Assembly (NCBI GenBank): GCA_964512695.1
Contig: CAZEJU010000002.1
Location: 1 to 61,992 of the forward strand
Direction of reading: 5' to 3'
From: an uncultured Gammaproteobacteria bacterium
Lineage (GTDB): Bacteria > Patescibacteriota > Microgenomatia > Levybacterales > UBA12049
DNA length: 61,992 bases
The notes under the pieces were generated by a model that was given only the letters and a program-made list of their open reading frames with translations, was not told the origin of the DNA and searched no databases. Positions 10,843 through 21,072 of this stretch are shown one piece after another (position 1 is the stretch's first letter; each line of letters begins with the position of its first letter). Made by a program: the position numbers and the translations under genes.

Positions 10843-12483
10843 TTATTCCAACTCTTCTCTTTTCGCGTGAAGAAAGACAAACCATTGTTCGAAAAACGCG
10901 AATAATAATTTGAATGGTGTCTCGATAAAGAAATCGAAAATGAAAAGAAGAATGTTCACTTTCGAAATATTCGATGTTAACTCCCTTCCCACACGGACTA
11001 TCGGCATGAAAAGAAAATCAATAAATGGTGTTAATAAACCCTGACGATCACCCATTCGGTATAAGTGTGCGGCTAAGCTAATACGATATGCTAAAAATGA
11101 AACGATTGCTAAAAAGAAAAGGAAAATACCTATACTCATCACATTAAATCCTATTATCTTAAGAAATGACACAATAAACCCAAAAGAAAATAGAAACGCG
11201 AATAGCCATAACGCACTGAAAATCGTACTCGGTTTTGATCTCCGTTTTTTTATCGTAAGGTTTTCACCTATTTGTGGCTTTTCTTGATACAGTAATAACT
11301 CTATCGCGTTTTGTATCCTTGCAGTATTCTCGACACCAGAAGCCCGAAAAGATAAACTGACTACTAACATCAGTAAAGGAGGTACGCTCGTATTAATAAT
11401 GATCGAATTCCAAAGAATATGGCCGTACACAATCCTTTCGTACGTTCCTTCCACAGCAAATGCGAAAATAACTTTTGTTAATAAAATAAAGAAAACACTT
11501 CTAATAACCGCCCGCCGTACTTTAGAAGATATTGCCTGATATTTCTCTTCACAGGAATTATAAATTGCCCGTTCTAAAAGCAATTTATCAGCTACTACTT
11601 GATTTATATTACTTTTATTCGATCGGATGATATCCTCAAGAATAAGAAATGCTGCTGTTCGTTTTTTAATGAATGAGTAGATAGTCTCTTTCCGTGGATA
11701 ATGAAGTTCTTTTTGTAATTCTTGGTATCCTTGCATAAAATCCTCAGCAATAGTCTCAAGTGTCTCCCTTGTAAGTTTCCCAAAGTAAAGCTGGAGAATA
11801 TGATATTTAAGAAATGCTAAATCATCCTTCGCAAACGCTTTTCTGATAGCCATATAGACTTGAGCATCTCTGGTTTGCTCATTGTCATCAAGTATGACCA
11901 CATCATCCCGCAGAATATGGTACATAAAATTACTAATAACTTGATTAATATGGTTTGGCTGTAGAATATGAGCGATATCAGCTGACATAAGCTGATACAT
12001 AAGTTCATTTAATTCATGCTCTGGAATTTTATGCCGCTGAAGAACCAAACTACGAAGCCGTAGGTGTAGATCTATCGATTGCTCTACTAATGTCACCATA
12101 CTTTCTGGTACCTCTCCACTTGGTAAGTAACGAGCCCACATGAGTTCTGTGATCAGTGGTTCTGCTGTTGTCCTAGCACTGCCTCCCAGCAGTAACCGAC
12201 GGCGAAGGATACGTTCGATAGCCGCCCGAAGCATCATCTCTTCTTCCCGGTATTCCATAACGTTACGAAGTTTTTCATACCAAGATCCGAACTTCGCTAC
12301 AACGGGATTAACAGTAAGTCTTTTTCCTGACGGAATGTGTTCTTGTTTATCCAGCGAGGCAAACAAAGCCTTTGCAAGTGCCGATAAAGGTGGTGCAGGA
12401 TTCGGAGGTGGAATCTGCTGAACCGGCTGCGCATCAATAACTGTAATTGCTTGTTCCTGTTGTGTCTGTTGAGAGTTATCCAT
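10843..12483 (-). CDS. Hypothetical membrane protein (large helical N-terminal domain plus C-terminal TM helices)
   Basis: 546-aa ORF with a Gln/Pro-rich N-terminus and at least 4 hydrophobic helices in the C-terminal third. No family recognised. Confidence 0.5.
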   Translation of the reverse strand: MDNSQQTQQEQAITVIDAQPVQQIPPPNPAPPLSALAKALFASLDKQEHIPSGKRLTVNPVVAKFGSWYEKLRNVMEYREEEMMLRAAIERILRRRLLLGGSARTTAEPLITELMWARYLPSGEVPESMVTLVEQSIDLHLRLRSLVLQRHKIPEHELNELMYQLMSADIAHILQPNHINQVISNFMYHILRDDVVILDDNEQTRDAQVYMAIRKAFAKDDLAFLKYHILQLYFGKLTRETLETIAEDFMQGYQELQKELHYPRKETIYSFIKKRTAAFLILEDIIRSNKSNINQVVADKLLLERAIYNSCEEKYQAISSKVRRAVIRSVFFILLTKVIFAFAVEGTYERIVYGHILWNSIIINTSVPPLLMLVVSLSFRASGVENTARIQNAIELLLYQEKPQIGENLTIKKRRSKPSTIFSALWLFAFLFSFGFIVSFLKIIGFNVMSIGIFLFFLAIVSFLAYRISLAAHLYRMGDRQGLLTPFIDFLFMPIVRVGRELTSNISKVNILLFIFDFFIETPFKLLFAFFEQWFVFLHAKREELE

Positions 12484-12533
12484 ACGTAGGTATTATACCT
12501 GAAATTAATGCTAGCGGTTTTTTTTAAATAAAT

Positions 12534-12782
12534 CTACTTTACTTTTTGATCAGGTGAAGCTGTATAACCAACTTTTTTTAATATTGCGATTATTTTTTTT
12601 TGATCTATTTTTTCTTGATCAAATGTAACTTCTGTCAGTGCCTTAGCATAGTTGGTTTTAGCCTCAATAACTCCTTCTGTATCCTCAAGTTCCCCATCGA
12701 TGTTAAACGCACAACTCGCACAATGCATACCCTGTATGGAAAAGATCTTTTTAACTATCTTTTTAATTTTTTTGTCGTTCAT
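12534..12782 (-). CDS. copZ: Heavy-metal-associated (HMA) copper chaperone
   Basis: 82 aa with the GMHCASCAFNI metal-binding motif. Confidence 0.85.
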   Translation of the reverse strand: MNDKKIKKIVKKIFSIQGMHCASCAFNIDGELEDTEGVIEAKTNYAKALTEVTFDQEKIDQKKIIAILKKVGYTASPDQKVK

Positions 12783-12869
12783 ACTGCTTAGCTACTCTTG
12801 GATTCTCACAGATTATTAACAGATTTCCACAGATATCCGTGTTCATCCGCTTATGATCCGCGAGAATCT

Positions 12870-13967
12870 TTATATTACCTTAATCGTTCCCCGATACATT
12901 CCCATGCTGCACATGAATGCTAATTCTGTTGGCTTATCTGGAGCAGTAAATGTTACCGTATCTGAACTTCCCATAGGAACTACTTTCTGTACATTAAGTT
13001 GTGGAATAGTAAATGCTTGCGCACACCCTATGGCATCATTATTAACGATCTTTAACGTTACTTTCTGACCATGTTTTACAGAAAGTGTATTTGGGAAATA
13101 TCCTCCATCAGTAATTGTAATTATTGTTCCATCACCAATACTACGAATGTTTGTACCAGATGAATTCTCCTCGGAAGAACAAAAACTAATAGCACAGTGT
13201 ACAGCCTGTAAACCACTCTCAATGGTATATTTACTCCCTGAAAGTGCAACTGCATTATTGATATTAAAAATTGCTAATAAAACAATGGCATAGGCAGCTA
13301 CTTTCGTAAACCTCTCATGGAGTATATCTCCTAAGCGAGTCGTCAAATATCCTAAGAGAAAAAATACTGGTGAAGTACCCAAAACAAAAGTAAATAAGAC
13401 AACTGCACCCAGTATAGGGTTGCCGGATGCAATAGCTAATGCCATCATCGCTTGTGTAGTACCACAAGGAATAAAGATCGTTAATGCTCCCAGAAATGCT
13501 GGAACAAATATATCTTTTTTTTTTGATTGTCTTCTAATAAAGCGTGTTAAAAATCGTGGCGGTTGTATTACAAAATAACGAAATACTGGATGGACATTTA
13601 ACATGTTTAATGCTGTTCCTATCATGAAAAATGCTACAAGTATTTGAAGGAGAACTTGTGTTTGTATTGACAAAGTAAAAAAAGAACCTAACCAACCCAA
13701 AAAGAAACCCAAACCAGTATATGCAACTAATTTCGCAACTAAAAAAGAAATAATTGGCAATGCACTATTTCTATTCTTGAATCTTGAATCCTGCACCGCT
13801 TCTGAGAAGCTAGTCTTGTTGGAGGAAATCTTGAATCGTTCAACTAGCTTCTCTTGCTCATGCTGCGCAAGTGTAGCTGCCAACAAACCTCCTTGTACTG
13901 CCATACACGTTAGACCACCTGTTAATAACCCTGTTGTAAAAACTGTTAGTAAATTTACGTTTTCCAT
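12870..13967 (-). CDS. Polytopic membrane protein (TauE/DsbD_2-like) fused to a C-terminal cupredoxin-like domain
   Basis: About 6 TM helices with a CGTTQAM motif. The C-terminal ~100 aa is a beta domain ending FMCSMGMYRGTIKVI. It sits in the copper operon context. It also carries a heptamer block at 13774-13794. Confidence 0.6.
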   Translation of the reverse strand: MENVNLLTVFTTGLLTGGLTCMAVQGGLLAATLAQHEQEKLVERFKISSNKTSFSEAVQDSRFKNRNSALPIISFLVAKLVAYTGLGFFLGWLGSFFTLSIQTQVLLQILVAFFMIGTALNMLNVHPVFRYFVIQPPRFLTRFIRRQSKKKDIFVPAFLGALTIFIPCGTTQAMMALAIASGNPILGAVVLFTFVLGTSPVFFLLGYLTTRLGDILHERFTKVAAYAIVLLAIFNINNAVALSGSKYTIESGLQAVHCAISFCSSEENSSGTNIRSIGDGTIITITDGGYFPNTLSVKHGQKVTLKIVNNDAIGCAQAFTIPQLNVQKVVPMGSSDTVTFTAPDKPTELAFMCSMGMYRGTIKVI

Positions 13968-14052
13968 GCTTTATTCATCTCAACAGCTTTATTACGCTGT
14001 TGTATCATCTCTATCTTTTTTTGTAAGGATTTTATACTGCCCATACTCTATC

Positions 14053-16599
14053 TTATACTACGCTCTTTTTCAACCTTAGAGAATTTATAACAACGGATAC
14101 AGAACTAAATGCCATTGCAGCTCCAGCGAAAACTGGACTTAAAAGAATACTGTAAAAAGGATATAAAATACCAGCTGCAAGAGGAATTCCGATAATGTTA
14201 TAAATAAATGCCCAGAAAAGATTTTGTTTTACAGTTCTCATTGTCAATTTTGAAATACGAATAGCATGTGAAACTTTTTGAATATCACCTTTTAAAATAG
14301 TTAATTGAGCAACACCAATAGCGACATCTGTTCCAGTACTCATAGCAATTCCTATATCAGCAGTAGCTAAAGCAGGTGCATCATTGACACCATCCCCTAC
14401 CATCGCGACGAGATTGCGTCGTTCTGAATTTCCAATTTCCAATTTCCAATTTCTAGTCGATTTGACATTTGACATCTTTAATTTTTCAACAATCTCTGCT
14501 TTCCCATCAGGCAATACTTCTGCATATACTTCATCAATACCAACTTTTTCAGCAATATATTTTGCTGTGTTTTTATCATCTCCAGTTACCATAAGAACTT
14601 TTATGCCTTTTTTATGAAGTTCGTCAACCGCTTGTTTTGCATTTTTTTTAACAGTATCCGCAATAAATACAGAACCTAAAAAATTATTTCCATCAGTTAA
14701 AAAGATCGGTGTTTTCCCTGTTTTTGTATATGATGTAATTTCGTCATTATCTATAGCTATCCCTAATTCTTTCATGTATGTCATATTTCCTGCGAAATAT
14801 ACTTTCTTTTCAATAGTTCCCGTAACACCTTTCCCTTGAACAATACGAAAATCTGTGACATCTGATAATGAGATGTTTTCTTCTTGTGCTTTTAGTAATA
14901 TTGCCTGCGCTAAAGGATGTTCTGATCCTTTCTCAAGAGACGCTAATATTTGTAATAAACTTTGTTCACTTTTTATTTTTGAATCGTAATCTTGACTTTT
15001 AACTTTTGAGTTTTGAGTTTTGATAATATCAGTTACAACAGCTCTCCCCGTTGTTATCGTTCCAGTTTTATCCACCACTACCGTCGTAACATCACGTAAT
15101 TTTTCCAAACTTGCAGCATCTTTCACGAGAATTCCCAGCTCTGCTGCTTTACCCACGCCGACAATAATTGCAGTCGGTGTTGCTAAGCCTAATGCACACG
15201 GACAGGCGATAACTAATACTCCAACAAAACTTGTTAAACCAAGTGTTAAAGCATCAGTAAACGGTATGAATTGTATCCCAACTACCAACCAAACAATAAA
15301 AGTGGCAAATGCCATAAACATCACAACGGGGACGAACACAGCTGAAACTTGGTCAGCCAAACGTTCAATAGGGGCTTTGGAGTCTTGGGCATTTTCTACC
15401 ATCTGAACAATATGCGCGAGCAATGTATCTTTTCCTATTTTCGTTGCTTCTATGATCAAGACACTTTGTTGATTAATCGTACCACCCACAACTGCATTAC
15501 CAACTGTTTTATCTACTGGAATCGGCTCTCCAGTTACCATCGATTCATCAATAGATGAATCCCCCTCAATAATTTTCCCATCGGTTGGTATTTTACTACC
15601 GGGCTTAACTATTAAAACATCTCCCACTTCCACTTGCTCTATTAGCAACTCAACTTCCTTATATATTTCACCTTTTTTATATTCTTGAATCGTAAATCTT
15701 GAATCATGAATCGATTTTAATACCAATGCAGTTTTTGCTTGCAGCTGTATAAGTTTTTCCAACGCTTCTCCAGTTTTTCTTTTAGATGCAGCCTCTAGAT
15801 ATTTACCGAAAAGTATAAATCCAATAACGACAATCGTTACATCATAATATAACGCTTCAGATAAGCCGAGATTCTCTGCAGTTTGTGGAAAAAAAAGAAT
15901 AAATGAAGAATAAAGATATGAAGTTAATGTTCCCATTCCCACTAGTGTATCCATACTTGCTTTTCGCACTTTGAGAAACCGTAAAAATGCGTCAACAAAC
16001 AGTCTACCAGGCATAAAAAGAACAAAAGTAGCGATGAAAAATAAATGCATTTGATAAAACTTCATCGGAATTGGAAACGCTGGAAGCTCTGGAAGGAACT
16101 GAGAACTAACTTCCCACATCATTGCAAAAAACACAAAAATTGCTAAAGGAAAAACGAACATTGCTTTCTCTTTTTCTTTTTGTAGCTCAGCTTCTTTCGG
16201 TGGTTGGGTATGAAAAAAGTGATCCACCTCTCCATTATGCATCGAGCGATGTATTACCGCTTGCATGACGAAACCATCCGGCATCAACTGTGGTTTTTGT
16301 TTGCTTTCAACGTCCTTGTACTTTATTCTTGAATCTTGAATCCTGAATCCTGGATCTACTTCCTCTAAGGAATACCCATACGATTCAAGCTTTTTATTCA
16401 TTTCGTCAACGGAAATTTTAGAAGGATCAAATGTAATCTTCGCTTTTTCTGTAGCAAAGTTAACGCTACAAGCGGAAATACCAGGAAGTTTATTTAGAGT
16501 ACGCTCAATGTTAGCTTTGCAACTTGCACAATGCATTCCTTGCACAGGAAACGTATCAGTAACAAATTGTTCTGTATTGTCTTTGTGTTCTTTGTTCAT
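14053..16599 (-). CDS. copA: Copper-translocating P1B-type ATPase
   Basis: N-terminal HMA ([11 protein letters not shown]), [19 protein letters not shown] and [14 protein letters not shown] motifs. It contains four low-complexity inserts encoded by 7-nt repeats. Confidence 0.95.
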   Translation of the reverse strand: MNKEHKDNTEQFVTDTFPVQGMHCASCKANIERTLNKLPGISACSVNFATEKAKITFDPSKISVDEMNKKLESYGYSLEEVDPGFRIQDSRIKYKDVESKQKPQLMPDGFVMQAVIHRSMHNGEVDHFFHTQPPKEAELQKEKEKAMFVFPLAIFVFFAMMWEVSSQFLPELPAFPIPMKFYQMHLFFIATFVLFMPGRLFVDAFLRFLKVRKASMDTLVGMGTLTSYLYSSFILFFPQTAENLGLSEALYYDVTIVVIGFILFGKYLEAASKRKTGEALEKLIQLQAKTALVLKSIHDSRFTIQEYKKGEIYKEVELLIEQVEVGDVLIVKPGSKIPTDGKIIEGDSSIDESMVTGEPIPVDKTVGNAVVGGTINQQSVLIIEATKIGKDTLLAHIVQMVENAQDSKAPIERLADQVSAVFVPVVMFMAFATFIVWLVVGIQFIPFTDALTLGLTSFVGVLVIACPCALGLATPTAIIVGVGKAAELGILVKDAASLEKLRDVTTVVVDKTGTITTGRAVVTDIIKTQNSKVKSQDYDSKIKSEQSLLQILASLEKGSEHPLAQAILLKAQEENISLSDVTDFRIVQGKGVTGTIEKKVYFAGNMTYMKELGIAIDNDEITSYTKTGKTPIFLTDGNNFLGSVFIADTVKKNAKQAVDELHKKGIKVLMVTGDDKNTAKYIAEKVGIDEVYAEVLPDGKAEIVEKLKMSNVKSTRNWKLEIGNSERRNLVAMVGDGVNDAPALATADIGIAMSTGTDVAIGVAQLTILKGDIQKVSHAIRISKLTMRTVKQNLFWAFIYNIIGIPLAAGILYPFYSILLSPVFAGAAMAFSSVSVVINSLRLKKSVV

Positions 16600-16641
16600 A
16601 CTTCATACTTCATACTTCTTACTTCTTACTTCTTACTTTAC
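16594..16641. repeat. Tandem heptamer array (CTTCATA/CTTCTTA) spanning the copA start and the DUF305 stop
   Basis: The sequence ttcatacttcatacttcatacttcttacttcttacttcttactttac has a strict 7-nt period. Confidence 0.85.
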
Positions 16642-17196
16642 TCTGTACCACACTTCTCTCCATTGCTTTAACTGTTTTGTATTATTTAAAAGTAGTGTAA
16701 TAACGCTATTCGCTTCATTAAGTACCTCTGACCTGTACGATTTCGTCATTACTTCTTTCGCAACTATTATCGCTTCTTCGTGGTGGATTATCATTGCATT
16801 GAGGAAACGTAGATCGAATTGTTCATCTGCAGAACCGAGGTTTACTTTCTGAAATTTAACTATTTTCTCCGAATTATTGTACCACCTTTTTTTCCAAGCG
16901 TACAATCTTTCTATTCCCTCTCGATCAATTTTTATGATCAAATCTGATAAGTCTTTAATTTCACCTCTTTGAGAGTTTCTAATAGCTTGTTCTGACATAT
17001 ATATTGCACTTTGATGATGTGCTATCATTCCATTTACAAAACGCAAATCAAGATTTCGATCTGCCTTTCCTAAATCCATCATGGGAGATTTTCTCTCCTG
17101 CTCCATCGCAGCATACTCTGGAGTAAGATAAAATCCAAAACCAATTCCAATTAAGTAAGCAATAATAATGAGTGCTGTTGCTAATGATTTATTCAT
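16633..17196 (-). CDS. DUF305 family protein (copper-resistance associated)
   Basis: Signal anchor plus two MI(A/I)HH..AI repeats typical of DUF305. Confidence 0.75.
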   Translation of the reverse strand: MNKSLATALIIIAYLIGIGFGFYLTPEYAAMEQERKSPMMDLGKADRNLDLRFVNGMIAHHQSAIYMSEQAIRNSQRGEIKDLSDLIIKIDREGIERLYAWKKRWYNNSEKIVKFQKVNLGSADEQFDLRFLNAMIIHHEEAIIVAKEVMTKSYRSEVLNEANSVITLLLNNTKQLKQWREVWYRVK

Positions 17197-17286
17197 ATTT
17201 AAGTAAGTTGCAAAGCTTTATAGTGGCAAAGATGCAAAGAGATATTTTTTTTGCAACTTTGAAGCTCTGTATCTTTGGAACTTTCT

Positions 17287-17556
17287 TTACCTTGCTTTCT
17301 TCACAACCTCCATAATTTCCTTAATCGCTTCTTCCCCTTTCCCTTGTTGTATTGCATCCGCCGCGCAGCTTTTTAAATGATTTTCGAGAATAAGATTATC
17401 TGTTTCATGAAGAGCTTTTTGCACTGCTTGGGATTGATGGAGGACATCAATACAGTAAGCGTTTTCTTCTAACATTTTAATAACTCTATCCAAATGCCCA
17501 CGTGCAATTTTTAGTCTATGCAATTGCCTTTGTTTCTCATTTTTTATTTGTAACAT
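17287..17556 (-). CDS. csoR: Metal-sensing transcriptional repressor, CsoR/RcnR family
   Basis: 89 aa. RLKIARGHLDRV..M......C.DVL.Q..AV..AL ... HL..C, the CsoR-type Cys/His pattern. Confidence 0.85.
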   Translation of the reverse strand: MLQIKNEKQRQLHRLKIARGHLDRVIKMLEENAYCIDVLHQSQAVQKALHETDNLILENHLKSCAADAIQQGKGEEAIKEIMEVVKKAR

Positions 17557-17561
17557 ATGCC

Positions 17562-17596
17562 ATTATAATATCCCCCCCCAGAGGGATTTGTCAAGA
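17562..17596 (-). promoter_or_regulatory. csoR promoter region with a C/G-tract pseudo-palindrome (candidate CsoR operator); transcript apparently leaderless
   Basis: On the minus strand: TTGACA-AATCCCTCTGGGGGGGGAT-ATTATAAT-GGCAT-ATG. ATCCC..GGGAT flanks a G8 tract, resembling GC-tract CsoR operators. The -10 ends 5 nt before the ATG. The -35 spacing is non-optimal. Confidence 0.4.
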
Positions 17597-17702
17597 ACGT
17601 AAAATGCTGCTTCAAGAATGAAGGTCGTTTCAACATAAATTATTACCAATAGTAAACTACTATTTGATAAAAAATACGCTTTCCAAAGGAAAGAATTACG
17701 TG

Positions 17703-17741
17703 TTGACAGGTTTTTTATACTCAGCTACAATAGTCTCTATG
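17703..17741 (+). promoter_or_regulatory. Consensus promoter giving a leaderless DsbA-like mRNA
   Basis: TTGACA (17703-17708), a 17-nt spacer, TACAAT (17726-17731), then 7 nt to the ATG at 17739. Confidence 0.5.
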
Positions 17742-18632
17742 TCAGCAAAGAAAAAAAACTCCACAAAAGCCTTACCAGCCCGAACTTCCAAAGCAACTAA
17801 AGAAATTGATGAAAAGAAAAGTGAGACAAAAAAAGAACAAAAATATGTTGCTATTCCTGTTCCCCGCTTAGGAAAAATTTCATATAGCAATACATTTCTT
17901 CTCCTTATTATCATACTTCTCTCGTTTATAGCGGGTTCTCTTTACACAAAGAATCAATTATTAGAGCAAGGTGCGATGAATAAAATTCCCACAACTGCCC
18001 AAGAAGCATTCGTCCAATATGCCCGACAATTAAAATTAGATAATAAAAAGTTTGAGGCTTGTCTCACTGACGGAAAATATGCACAGAAGGTAAATAAAGA
18101 TATACAAGAAGCACAAGCAGTTGGTGTCTACGCGACACCTGGTTTCTTCGTAAATGGTATTTATGTAGGCGGAGCATTTCCATACGAGGCATTTAAAGAA
18201 GTACTTGACAAAGAGTTAGCTGGCGGAGCGCCAGACGATATCACATTATATACGCAACCTGATCTTATTAGAGCATATAGTAACGAACCAAAAATGTTCA
18301 ATCCTGCCAAACAGCAGATAACAATAGGTGACGCGCCAGTTAGAGGTGATAAAAATGCTCCTGTGACTATAGTCGAATATTCAGATTTCCAATGTCCATA
18401 CTGCCAAGCTACACTACCCACTATAAACCAACTCCTTACAGACTATCGTGGTAAAGTAAAATTAGCTTACAAACATCTCCCCCTTTCTATGCATAAAAAT
18501 GCCCAGAAAGCTGCAGAGGCAAGTGAATGCGCCCGTGAGCAAGGAAAGTTCTGGGAGTACCATGATCTGCTTTTCAACACGCAACAACAATGGGGCTCCC
18601 TCTCCAACTTCGTACCCGTACAAGAATCTTAA
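17739..18632 (+). CDS. Membrane-anchored DsbA-family thiol:disulfide oxidoreductase with circularly permuted domain order
   Basis: The CxxC segment (APVTIVEYSDFQCPYC ... QGKFWEYHDLLF) lies C-terminal to the segment that normally ends DsbA domains (LDNKKFEACL...GVYATPGFFVNG). The start is moved from 17664 to the ATG at 17739 because of the promoter. Confidence 0.7.
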   Translation: MSAKKKNSTKALPARTSKATKEIDEKKSETKKEQKYVAIPVPRLGKISYSNTFLLLIIILLSFIAGSLYTKNQLLEQGAMNKIPTTAQEAFVQYARQLKLDNKKFEACLTDGKYAQKVNKDIQEAQAVGVYATPGFFVNGIYVGGAFPYEAFKEVLDKELAGGAPDDITLYTQPDLIRAYSNEPKMFNPAKQQITIGDAPVRGDKNAPVTIVEYSDFQCPYCQATLPTINQLLTDYRGKVKLAYKHLPLSMHKNAQKAAEASECAREQGKFWEYHDLLFNTQQQWGSLSNFVPVQES

Positions 18633-18679
18633 AAACTCAAATTAAACCTTTGGCACTTTAAACACCTCTATGACATGAA

Positions 18680-19447
18680 TTAATGACTGTGGCTTATAAA
18701 AGATACCGCTAACCAGATAATGAAGATTCCTGCGATCATTAATACAGTCTGAAGAATTGCTACTTTCCTATCTTTCTCATGATGAATTTCTGGTATTAAA
18801 TCACTTGCTGCAATATAAATAAAAAAACCCGCAGTTAATGCTAAAAAGATAGGGATATATTGTTCTATTATTTCTCCTATTGAATAGGTGATTAATGCAC
18901 CCACAATGGAAACCAAAGCGCTGATAATATTCACCGTAATAATATTTTTTCGGGACATTCCTTTATGCAGCATAAGGCCGAAATCACCAATTTCCTGGGG
19001 TATTTCGTGAGCAGCCACAGCGAACGTCGTAATAATACCCAAAGGAATGTTGACTAAAAACGTCGCGGCAATAACAATTCCATCTAGAAAATTATGTATT
19101 GTATCACTGATTACAATGAGTGGTAATGTTGTTTTAGTACGCTCTTCATGCTCATGATACTCCTCATGATGGTGAAATAAATGAATAAATCGTTCAAGTA
19201 GAAAGAATAACACCATACCCATAAGTGACCACATAAAAACATTAATACCTAAATTCTCCGCCTCATGAGCAGCTTCAGGAAGGAGATCAAGAAACGCAGT
19301 TCCAAGTAATGTACCCGCAGCAAATGAAGCCAAGAGGTGTGAAACACGAAGAGCAACTTTTTGATTTGATAGCAGAATCACTCCACCGATTAGCGAACCG
19401 ATGCTACCAAATAACGTAAAAAAAATAATATATTCTAGTGTTGACAT
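18680..19447 (-). CDS. ZIP family zinc/metal transporter
   Basis: His-rich loop HHHEEYHEHEE and AAHEIPQEIGDFG, the ZIP signature. 8 TM helices. Confidence 0.85.
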   Translation of the reverse strand: MSTLEYIIFFTLFGSIGSLIGGVILLSNQKVALRVSHLLASFAAGTLLGTAFLDLLPEAAHEAENLGINVFMWSLMGMVLFFLLERFIHLFHHHEEYHEHEERTKTTLPLIVISDTIHNFLDGIVIAATFLVNIPLGIITTFAVAAHEIPQEIGDFGLMLHKGMSRKNIITVNIISALVSIVGALITYSIGEIIEQYIPIFLALTAGFFIYIAASDLIPEIHHEKDRKVAILQTVLMIAGIFIIWLAVSFISHSH

Positions 19448-19869
19448 AGTTTACAAATTCCGAAAAATTCCAATGCATGTTTCTTGACTAAAAACTTCTT
19501 TTTCCTTTTAATATCTTTCTCTAAATCTTCGATATTACAGTCAGAGATGTCCTCCAAACTTCCGCAGTTCTCGCAAATAAGGTGATGATGATCCTCCCCT
19601 GCTAACTCATACCGATACTTTCCTTCCCCGAACTCTAGCCGTTTGATTATTCCCTGCTTAACAAAAACATCAATAATTCGATATATTGTTGCCTTATCTG
19701 CTGCTTCATGCTCATCACGAAGATGTGTATAAATCTTTTCTGCATCTATAGGAGCATTTGCCTGGGTCAGATAGCTTAAAACTGATACGCGCGCTGGAGT
19801 CACTTTTAAAGCTGCATTATGCAGTAGCTGTTCGAAACTGTACATACAATGATTATATGATAAATGCAA
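19435..19869 (-). CDS. zur: Fur family transcriptional regulator (Zur-like)
   Basis: DNA-binding wHTH (ATIYRIIDVF), then HHHLICENCG ... CKLCQH Zn sites. It overlaps the ZIP gene by 13 nt. The real start may be the internal Met at 19845. Confidence 0.8.
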   Translation of the reverse strand: MHLSYNHCMYSFEQLLHNAALKVTPARVSVLSYLTQANAPIDAEKIYTHLRDEHEAADKATIYRIIDVFVKQGIIKRLEFGEGKYRYELAGEDHHHLICENCGSLEDISDCNIEDLEKDIKRKKKFLVKKHALEFFGICKLCQH

Positions 19870-19974
19870 TTAACTTGCAAGTATTTCTTTGTATACAAAA
19901 ATCTTTTACGGGTTCTCGCGTGGAGACAGCCATCTCCATCTTCCTTATCTCTACAACTGCTATAATACACAAAT

Positions 19975-21072
19975 ATGAAAAAGATATCGTTAGGTCTTCT
20001 TCTTTTTTTCTTTTTTTCCTCCCCTGTTCTGGCTCAATCTCAAAAGCCTGAATTTCTAAAAGCGAAGGTTACGAGGATCATAGAAGAAGGAAAAAAAACT
20101 ATTAATAATGAGAAAAATCATTTCCAGAAAGTAGAACTTTCCTTGAGTGAGGGATCAGAAAAGGGTAAAACTATCAACGTAGAACATGGAGGGAATTTTA
20201 TTATTACTGAGGACCAAAAAGTACATATAGGTGATACTGTCGTTCTTTCAAAAACAATCATTAATAATAAAGTGGACTATAGAATAACTGACAATTATCG
20301 TTTACATACTCTACTTTTTTTTCTCTTAGGATTTGCGCTTTTAATCATCTTTATGGCCGGAAAACATGGTGTGGGATCTATAATCGGAATGGGTATCAGT
20401 ATAGCAGTCATTTTCTTTTTTATAGTTCCCCAGATCATGCAAGGAAGTAATCCTCTACTTATAAGCATTCTTGGTTCACTTTTTATAATGGTTACTACTA
20501 TTTATTTAGCTCATGGAATCTCGCAACAAACAACAATTGCTATAATTTCAACTTTTATTAGTCTGCTAATTACCATTCTTCTCTCTATGATTTTTGTGAA
20601 AGTTATGAACTTAAGTGGTGTCGGATCAGAAGATATGTATGCTCTTCTCCAAGGCTTTCAGAACATTAACTTCCAAGGGCTTCTTTTAGGAAGTATGATT
20701 ATCGGTACGTTAGGAGTTCTTGATGACGTTACTACAACACAAACTGCGACTATGTATACACTAGCTGAAGCAAATCCTAACTATTCTATTGCTGAGTTGT
20801 TTAAGAAAGGGATGCGTATAGGACGGGAACACATAACCTCACTTGTTAATACCCTTGTTCTCGCATATGCAGGTGCTTCTATCGGAGTATTTATTTATCT
20901 TAATATTGGCGTACAACGTGGCACAGAACCTTTATGGGTTATGCTTAATAGTGAATTTATAATAGAAGAAATAGTCCGAACACTTTCTGGATCTCTAGGG
21001 CTTATACTTGCAGTACCTATTACCACACTTCTCGCAACCTTTTTCTCAAAGTACTCTCTTAAAATCCACTAA
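19975..21072 (+). CDS. YibE/F-like membrane protein
   Basis: Signal peptide, an ~110-aa extracytoplasmic domain, then ~7 TM helices with a GVLDDVTTTQ motif, as I recall for YibE/F. Confidence 0.5.
   Translation: MKKISLGLLLFFFFSSPVLAQSQKPEFLKAKVTRIIEEGKKTINNEKNHFQKVELSLSEGSEKGKTINVEHGGNFIITEDQKVHIGDTVVLSKTIINNKVDYRITDNYRLHTLLFFLLGFALLIIFMAGKHGVGSIIGMGISIAVIFFFIVPQIMQGSNPLLISILGSLFIMVTTIYLAHGISQQTTIAIISTFISLLITILLSMIFVKVMNLSGVGSEDMYALLQGFQNINFQGLLLGSMIIGTLGVLDDVTTTQTATMYTLAEANPNYSIAELFKKGMRIGREHITSLVNTLVLAYAGASIGVFIYLNIGVQRGTEPLWVMLNSEFIIEEIVRTLSGSLGLILAVPITTLLATFFSKYSLKIH

Noticed and set aside
17664-17738. The TTG start at 17664 for the DsbA-like ORF
   Set aside because: A consensus TTGACA-17-TACAAT promoter lies inside this extension and points to the ATG at 17739.
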